From: an uncultured virus (IMG/VR IMGVR_UViG_3300032323_003710)
Lineage: Duplodnaviria; Heunggongvirae; Uroviricota; Caudoviricetes
Length of the DNA stretch: 20,000 bases
Reading direction: 5' to 3' (one strand)
Virus record (IMG/VR): IMGVR_UViG_3300032323_003710
In this document: positions 15,401 to 20,000 of the stretch, piece after piece
How the letters are laid out: every line of letters begins with the position of its first letter
How positions within the stretch are numbered: position 1 is the stretch's first letter
Notes under the pieces: generated by a model
What the model was told of the DNA's origin: nothing
The model's input: the letters and a program-made list of their open reading frames with translations, nothing else
Databases searched by the model: none
Translations under genes and position numbers: made by a program

Positions 15401-17000
15401 TGCTACAAAACCAGAAGAAATAAGTGGTGCAAGACAAGAAGCAAATAAAATACAATTACAAGCAGAGAAGACTGCAGGTAAATTAGAAAAGACATTGAAT
15501 AAAAAGAATGACCTTGTTAATAAATTAAAAGATAAGTTTAAAAAATCAATATTGGCAAACTATGTTCATGTTGATGATAACTTAGATTTTATATTTCCAC
15601 CTGGTGGTGCTGCAACAGTTCCTTTCTCTTTGTTTGGTAAAGACTTATCATTTGGTGCATCATTAGAACTTAATAATATTCCTAAAAAACCACCTGTTAA
15701 ATTAATATTTCCAAGTGGGTTAGGTGGTATATTTAAGAATGTTCAGTTCTTAACAAGTAAATCTAAACCAAAACCAGTAACTCCAGTTGTTCAACCAACA
15801 ATAGCAGATATAATTAAACAAGAAACTAGTAATATAAAAGCCAATGTTAAAGATACAATAAATACAGGTGATAAAAAATTACCATATAGTAATACATTAT
15901 TTAATAGTAATGTTAGTGATAATGTACAAGTTAAGTTTTCAGATGGTACAACTAAAACAATACCAAGTTCATCATTACAAGAATTTGTAGATACTAATAA
16001 AGATAAGTATGACTTCATATATGTAACTGAATATGTTGATGGTATATTAAAAGAAGTAGATGAGTTAATAAAAACAGGAACCCCTGAGAGTTTAGCAATT
16101 GCCAAAGAGAAATTAGATGATGCTAAGACTAAAAGTTTAGTTAATACACCAAAAGGTTTAGCCAATGCTTCTAATAGTGCAATAGATGATAAAATAAAAG
16201 AATTAAATGATAAGAATTCTAATTTAGTTAAGAATACTCAACCATTACTCAAAACTCTGTTAGGATTCATTACATTCCCTATTAAGATTATAGCTGATAT
16301 AATTAAATGGTTAATGGATTTCTTTATGAGTTTAACAAATCCAATGACATTAGCAAGTAAGATGAAAGAGTTTTTATCTTTCAAATGGATATTACAATTC
16401 TTTACACCAACTGGTATACTAGCAATATTTGGATTAAAGTTTCAACCATTAGTTTTGATTCCTTATGCAGCATCAGCTGCTGCAGCCACTGGTAAGTTTG
16501 GTGGTTCTGTTGCAGGAATGGCGGATATGAGTAAGTATATTAATTTAGGATTCATTCCTACTTTACCAACTTATTCTGCAGATCAGTATAAGAATTTATT
16601 GAAAGGTGTTCAACCATTTAGATTACTAACTATCTTTCAAATGATGGAGAAGTTTATCAATGGTGTTATAGATTTTATTTGGTCTTTATTTGGGATTGAA
16701 GCTTTAATTCCAGCACCACATATTAATATGTCTTCAATGTATAGTTCAAATCAATCATTGAAACCAGAAGATATTCAGAAAGTTGTTGATGGTGCAGTAC
16801 CACAGGGTAATACAACACCTAAGGTTTCTGATGGTTTGAATACACCAACAAATAATAGTAGTCAATTGAATCCTGTTATACAGACATTTGTATATGAGGT
16901 TAAGTTACCTGATGGAACTACAAAAGCATTTTTGAATAGAGATGAGTTAGATATTTATGTACAAAGTAATAGTGATATAAACTTTGACTTTACTTTTTAG
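12447..17000 (+). CDS. Very large hypothetical protein, probably virion structural
   Basis: 1517-aa uninterrupted ORF with poly-Gly linkers, a beta-rich centre, a coiled coil and several amphipathic or hydrophobic helices in the C-terminal third. The structural role is inferred from size, promoter and neighbourhood. Confidence 0.75.
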   Translation: MSLSPLFPHYGPLGSGPYYVSLAIPGAPSAISKSLGLTTPTGILLPNVDYITKFSEGELGISDTFTKDMIFKNMNNPIASKNEAIFKQFAKQNKIDVSDISKFKKGNKFVMPKDQIKIPSENDLTGFKAFERTTLQSIFETQKPYMEIVKTSTETIARVEDIIARVMPFFGNPLTTKSRVPTKNKGGGGGPKAIGFKKAEQLKKELNGLQALIKKGMNASTTNNTGGATSSNPNNVEFTQPSADSNTAGFTSTRWQVISTVYSTGIFNPNLDYDFKYINLPADEPTPIVPEDDIDLSNGDPYENFKPKSLIFGIYNSKGEAIDPAEYLKTIGMNGNDKTEVETPFKRADWLLRSPKWKITEGFEWPTFAEPNYVWINGLGQTRISDKKPLTTPSTNPVQNALGGYAIKKYRAGQKDILTGLPAIKGDPVIKSFKKIDETSYRNEFSDIIDIGLNSNSTLTSEFKKQVNTDVMSRIDINTQLQINYLYSHSKISVYKKVNNKEAFPEMMRKSYKPYEIYSPEAAKDPLLSAAAIAKGKKPGMIWVEPDSDYDMKVIRIDPISTIEYAEVQGGPETETSITKFVKNRVRFDMSNGGTFSFSLSKNGATADILENIQEFTFENWNYENPKLVNTNTFTVSMWSKDVPKRFTDGRNYYSFRVDRPRFTINDFLAKLGVTQSTPTLTQQFNQIPTYDTYSIRKTGGEWYFSTTANYLKNGINKLGDGTTIFTEDGIVKRWYQLYEKQLTGPAVGFNLPAFGIARTMTYNYDTDKFDVTDKTIPLYRLKIDQKYSSSKIIDPSQITNNKLTTTELFVNDPLWYGHGSSIDPQTLGIIKRYALTDLDTESYYIVEGVLRKENPFEDDELGNRKRRSGGGGGKSWYRIGDAIGATRVFASLLSSIFSKLIPKIIKLLSLFQNPFNFIIDILSEKMGKNVNFLTKESLSTFADAAKLRDRIKGQVGGIDNIKKQIDDVRLTAKNKSDFILAQADATKPEEISGARQEANKIQLQAEKTAGKLEKTLNKKNDLVNKLKDKFKKSILANYVHVDDNLDFIFPPGGAATVPFSLFGKDLSFGASLELNNIPKKPPVKLIFPSGLGGIFKNVQFLTSKSKPKPVTPVVQPTIADIIKQETSNIKANVKDTINTGDKKLPYSNTLFNSNVSDNVQVKFSDGTTKTIPSSSLQEFVDTNKDKYDFIYVTEYVDGILKEVDELIKTGTPESLAIAKEKLDDAKTKSLVNTPKGLANASNSAIDDKIKELNDKNSNLVKNTQPLLKTLLGFITFPIKIIADIIKWLMDFFMSLTNPMTLASKMKEFLSFKWILQFFTPTGILAIFGLKFQPLVLIPYAASAAAATGKFGGSVAGMADMSKYINLGFIPTLPTYSADQYKNLLKGVQPFRLLTIFQMMEKFINGVIDFIWSLFGIEALIPAPHINMSSMYSSNQSLKPEDIQKVVDGAVPQGNTTPKVSDGLNTPTNNSSQLNPVIQTFVYEVKLPDGTTKAFLNRDELDIYVQSNSDINFDFTF

Positions 17001-17027
17001 TATAAAATAAAAATTAAAACAATTAAT

Positions 17028-17237
17028 ATGCCAAAGTCAAAAGCAAGAAAGAACCACAAACAAAAAGTGGCTGCACGTAGAACTACAATTAAAAATGAAA
17101 CTGCAAAAGCACAGAAATTTCAAAGAGAATTTATTGAGAACTTGATTAAACAAGAACAGGAGAAAGGAATGTTCAATAACAATCCTACATTGGATCCCAT
17201 ATTAAATGGACCAATTATTGAGGGACCTACATTGTAA
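17028..17237 (+). CDS. Small protein with highly basic N-terminus
   Basis: 69 aa, MPKSKARKNHKQKVAARR...; fills the gap after the large gene. Confidence 0.7.
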   Translation: MPKSKARKNHKQKVAARRTTIKNETAKAQKFQREFIENLIKQEQEKGMFNNNPTLDPILNGPIIEGPTL

Positions 17238-17241
17238 CTAA

Positions 17242-17454
17242 TTAAAAGTTAGTTACTACTAAAAGTATTAAAAAAACAAATGCTTTAGATATTAAACGAT
17301 TACCTGTAGGTTTATCATTAACTAAAGCTTTGTTTACTTTTTGTAATAAATACTTTCTAACCATTTCAGTTCTAGGACATGATGGTTTTGTGAGTTTACA
17401 AGTAGTAAAGTACCAGTTTACTAAAAGTATTGAATCAATCTCTGTTTTTCTCAT
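17242..17454 (-). CDS. Small hypothetical protein with hydrophobic C-terminus
   Basis: 70-aa ORF that fills otherwise empty space. An exact promoter motif in the correct orientation lies at 17478-17488. Confidence 0.5.
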   Translation of the reverse strand: MRKTEIDSILLVNWYFTTCKLTKPSCPRTEMVRKYLLQKVNKALVNDKPTGNRLISKAFVFLILLVVTNF

Positions 17455-17477
17455 ATAATTGTGAAACTTTATTGATG

Positions 17478-17488
17478 TATATATTAAA
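17478..17488 (-). promoter_or_regulatory. TTTAATATATA motif
   Basis: Exact copy 23 nt upstream of the ATG at 17454. Confidence 0.55.
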
Positions 17489-17504
17489 AAAAAATATCAT
17501 TTTT

Positions 17505-18584
17505 ATGAAAATCAAAAAAAATAACTCTCTAAAAGTCAATATATCTAAAGAAGATGCTAACATAAATGACTTTCTTTATTGTTGGGATAAATTTGGTGAC
17601 AGACCAAATAAAATAACTATCTATAGTAGTTTTGTAAAAGATGGGTTTAACACTGTTATAAGTGAATATAATGAATATAAGAACTCTAATATTGAGTTAA
17701 TACCTGCAGATGAATTTGATATTATTAATGATAAGAGTATTGTTAAAATAAATGATAACATTTATATCTCTTATCATATTTTAGATAGAGAAAGTGAAAA
17801 TTCTTTCATACATGAAGTAATTTTCTTATATAAATCAGAAAAAGATTTAGAAAAAATAAATGAAATAACTGAAAGTTTAGGAAAATATAACATAGAACTT
17901 GAAGAAGGTGATGATTCTTATAAACTAAATACAGTATTTATTAGTCCAAATGGTATTGAAGTTGAACCTATTGAAAAAATTGAATTAGATGAATCAATAG
18001 AATTATTCTATAATGAAGAAACATTTAAGTCAATAAATAAACTAAATAAAACTCTTAAAAAGAGTAATAAGGGTTTAACTATATTATATGGTGAAAGAGG
18101 AACAGGTAAAACAAGTATGATTAATTATATTTGTGATAAGTTGAATAGAATGGTTATTTATATCCCAAATAGTATGTTGGATGTAACTATTAACTCACCA
18201 GAGTTCAGAACTTTTTTAAGAAAATATCCTAAACCTATAATAGTTCTAGATGACTGTGAGATGATCTTTAATGAACTATATTCAAAATCTAATATATATG
18301 TCAATAACATTTTACAAATGGTTGATGGATTATTGGCAGACTCAATAGAATTAAATATTATTGCAATATTTAATGTTGATGATGAAGATGAGATTGATCA
18401 TGTTTTGTTGGAATGTAATTCATTAATTGACTTGATTGAGTTTGAATTATTGAACCAAGAAGAATCAAATGATTTGGCCAAACACTTAGGTTCTAAGAAA
18501 AAATATAAAAACAAAAACAAATTGGTTGATATAATTAAGAATAACAACAGTGTAAAAGGTTATAAAAAAATAGGATTAAACTAA
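17505..18584 (+). CDS. AAA+ family ATPase with degenerate arginine-finger region
   Basis: Walker A ILYGERGTGKT, Walker B IIVLDDCE, 'NILQMVDGLL', sensor-1 'IIAIFN'. The start is moved from TTG 17430 to ATG 17505. Confidence 0.85.
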   Translation: MKIKKNNSLKVNISKEDANINDFLYCWDKFGDRPNKITIYSSFVKDGFNTVISEYNEYKNSNIELIPADEFDIINDKSIVKINDNIYISYHILDRESENSFIHEVIFLYKSEKDLEKINEITESLGKYNIELEEGDDSYKLNTVFISPNGIEVEPIEKIELDESIELFYNEETFKSINKLNKTLKKSNKGLTILYGERGTGKTSMINYICDKLNRMVIYIPNSMLDVTINSPEFRTFLRKYPKPIIVLDDCEMIFNELYSKSNIYVNNILQMVDGLLADSIELNIIAIFNVDDEDEIDHVLLECNSLIDLIEFELLNQEESNDLAKHLGSKKKYKNKNKLVDIIKNNNSVKGYKKIGLN

Positions 18585-18928
18585 TGACAATATCAGAATT
18601 AAGTGATGAAGATGTATTAAACTTTTTGATGACAAGTGAGTTCACAGATGATTACTCACCTGCTGAGTTAAAGTATCTTTTAGTTAAATGGCGTTATTTC
18701 TACAGATTATCACAAGGAAGAAATGAACAAATTAAAGTTAAAGGTGAGGGTGATATACAACAATTAGAAAATGAGAAAAATATACTGAATAATACAATTA
18801 GTCAGTTATCATCAAGAGTTTTAGAAAAAGATGATTTAATAAATTCTCTTAGAAATAGAAAATTAACCATGAAAGAAAGATGGTCAGGAAAAATAATATT
18901 AACAAAAGATGAAGATAAACGATTATAA
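18584..18928 (+). CDS. Hypothetical coiled-coil protein
   Basis: 114 aa, TAATG-coupled to the ATPase, with heptad stretch IQQLENEKNILNNTISQLSSRVLEKDDLINSL. Confidence 0.75.
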   Translation: MTISELSDEDVLNFLMTSEFTDDYSPAELKYLLVKWRYFYRLSQGRNEQIKVKGEGDIQQLENEKNILNNTISQLSSRVLEKDDLINSLRNRKLTMKERWSGKIILTKDEDKRL

Positions 18929-20000
18929 GAAACTAGAAGATAAAATAAACAATCAAAACTTTAACAAAAGTTATAAAACTATAAATGTAGTATTATTAGT
19001 ATTATCATACTTTGGACATATTGCTTCTATATTTTTAGCTTACTTTATGTTATCAAAAGTAATTGAAGCAGCTATGACTGGTAATATAATTATTGCAGGT
19101 GTTGCATCAGTTATTCTTTTAGGTGGTTTAGAATTACTTAAAAGAGATATGTTTGATAAGTTCAGTATTTCTTACCTAAAATTAAAAGGAATAAAAAAAG
19201 AAGTGTTACCTTTGTTCTTTATAAGTTTAACAATAATAAGTCTATCATTCTATGCATCTATCAAAGGTGCTGCAGAGTTTTCATCTAAAAGTGCAGAGAT
19301 TGAAGTAAAAGGTAAAGAAACAATTAAGACTTACAATGATAGTTTAACTAAAGTTTATACAGATGAAATTAAAGGACTTGAAGATTCATTCAAATCTAAA
19401 GATGAAATACTTACAAATCTACAAACTTTAGCTCTAACTCAAAGATTATCTAAAGATCAAAGAACTACTATTAGTGATTTGAGTGGTCAGAAAAAAGATA
19501 TTCAGCAACAAGTTACAGATAAAAAAACAGAATTGGCTACTAAGATTAAAGAGCATGAAACAGGTGTAACAACAGAAGCTGCAGGTCAAAAAGAAGACAA
19601 TAGTAAAAACTCTTTAATGTTTATTATTATTTCTACTTTAATTGAGTTAATTATCCTTGCAGGTGTATTCTTCAATGAATACTATAAGTTTAGAAGTTAT
19701 AATGAGTTCAGAACTAAATTAGAAAAGGATACAGGATACCAAAAATGGTTATTATATGACCAAATGTTACATATAATTTATACAGATGATACTAAGATGA
19801 ATCAAAAGTTACCTTCTAATAAAGCCATAATTGATATGTGTAAAGCAAATGGTATCATTGTTCTACCTAAAGACTTATCAGACTTCTTAAAGATAATTAC
19901 TAATATTGGGATTATTAAAGTAAGTGGTAGTTCAAAGTATATTAATAAAACAAAAGACTTAGCAGAAGAATATTTAAGAAAACAATATAATATAGAATAA
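18909..20000 (+). CDS. Multi-pass membrane protein (3 TM, coiled coil, 1 TM, C-terminal soluble domain)
   Basis: Hydrophobic segments VVLLVLSYFGHIASIFLAYFML, IIIAGVASVILLGGLELL, VLPLFFISLTIISLSFYA and LMFIIISTLIELIILAGVFF. The TAA stop is at 19998-20000. Confidence 0.8.
   Translation: MKINDYKKLEDKINNQNFNKSYKTINVVLLVLSYFGHIASIFLAYFMLSKVIEAAMTGNIIIAGVASVILLGGLELLKRDMFDKFSISYLKLKGIKKEVLPLFFISLTIISLSFYASIKGAAEFSSKSAEIEVKGKETIKTYNDSLTKVYTDEIKGLEDSFKSKDEILTNLQTLALTQRLSKDQRTTISDLSGQKKDIQQQVTDKKTELATKIKEHETGVTTEAAGQKEDNSKNSLMFIIISTLIELIILAGVFFNEYYKFRSYNEFRTKLEKDTGYQKWLLYDQMLHIIYTDDTKMNQKLPSNKAIIDMCKANGIIVLPKDLSDFLKIITNIGIIKVSGSSKYINKTKDLAEEYLRKQYNIE

Noticed and set aside
14093..16165. Minus-strand ORFs 14093..14296, 14911..15096 and 15791..16165
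   Set aside because: All are antisense within the 1517-aa gene, with no independent signals.
1..20000. Stop-codon reassignment as in some large phages
   Set aside because: Long ORFs tile the window under the standard code. TAG (5896, 6899, 17000) and TGA (7869) end genes at sensible boundaries.
1..20000. CRISPR array, tRNA, rRNA, intron, intein or transposase
   Set aside because: No regularly spaced short repeats, cloverleaf-like GC-rich segments or recognisable mobile-element motifs were seen. The only long repeat is the coding PAS duplication.

Overview
A very AT-rich (roughly 25% GC by eye), densely coding window that reads as part of a large tailed-phage genome, probably a jumbo myovirus, using the standard genetic code. 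Recognisable genes are a T4 gp6-like baseplate wedge, a guanylate kinase, a J-domain co-chaperone and an AAA+ ATPase. There is also a 1517-aa probable virion protein. Three things stand out. (1) A four-gene signalling cassette sits behind the phage's own promoter motif: a single-TM protein, a soluble tandem-PAS histidine kinase, a stand-alone receiver protein, and a coiled-coil protein with two TM helices. (2) Eight otherwise unrelated proteins share an N-terminal leader resembling M-K-[HY]-[LI]-K-x-[FY]-E, which may be a capsid-targeting or prohead-protease signal. Their cargo domains include a putative ADP-ribosyltransferase, a Cys-His-Asp enzyme, a Zn finger and a degenerate nuclease fold. 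(3) An intergenic motif TTTAATATATA precedes most transcription units, in three cases only 4 nt before the ATG. All assignments come from motif recognition by eye; no database searches were run.
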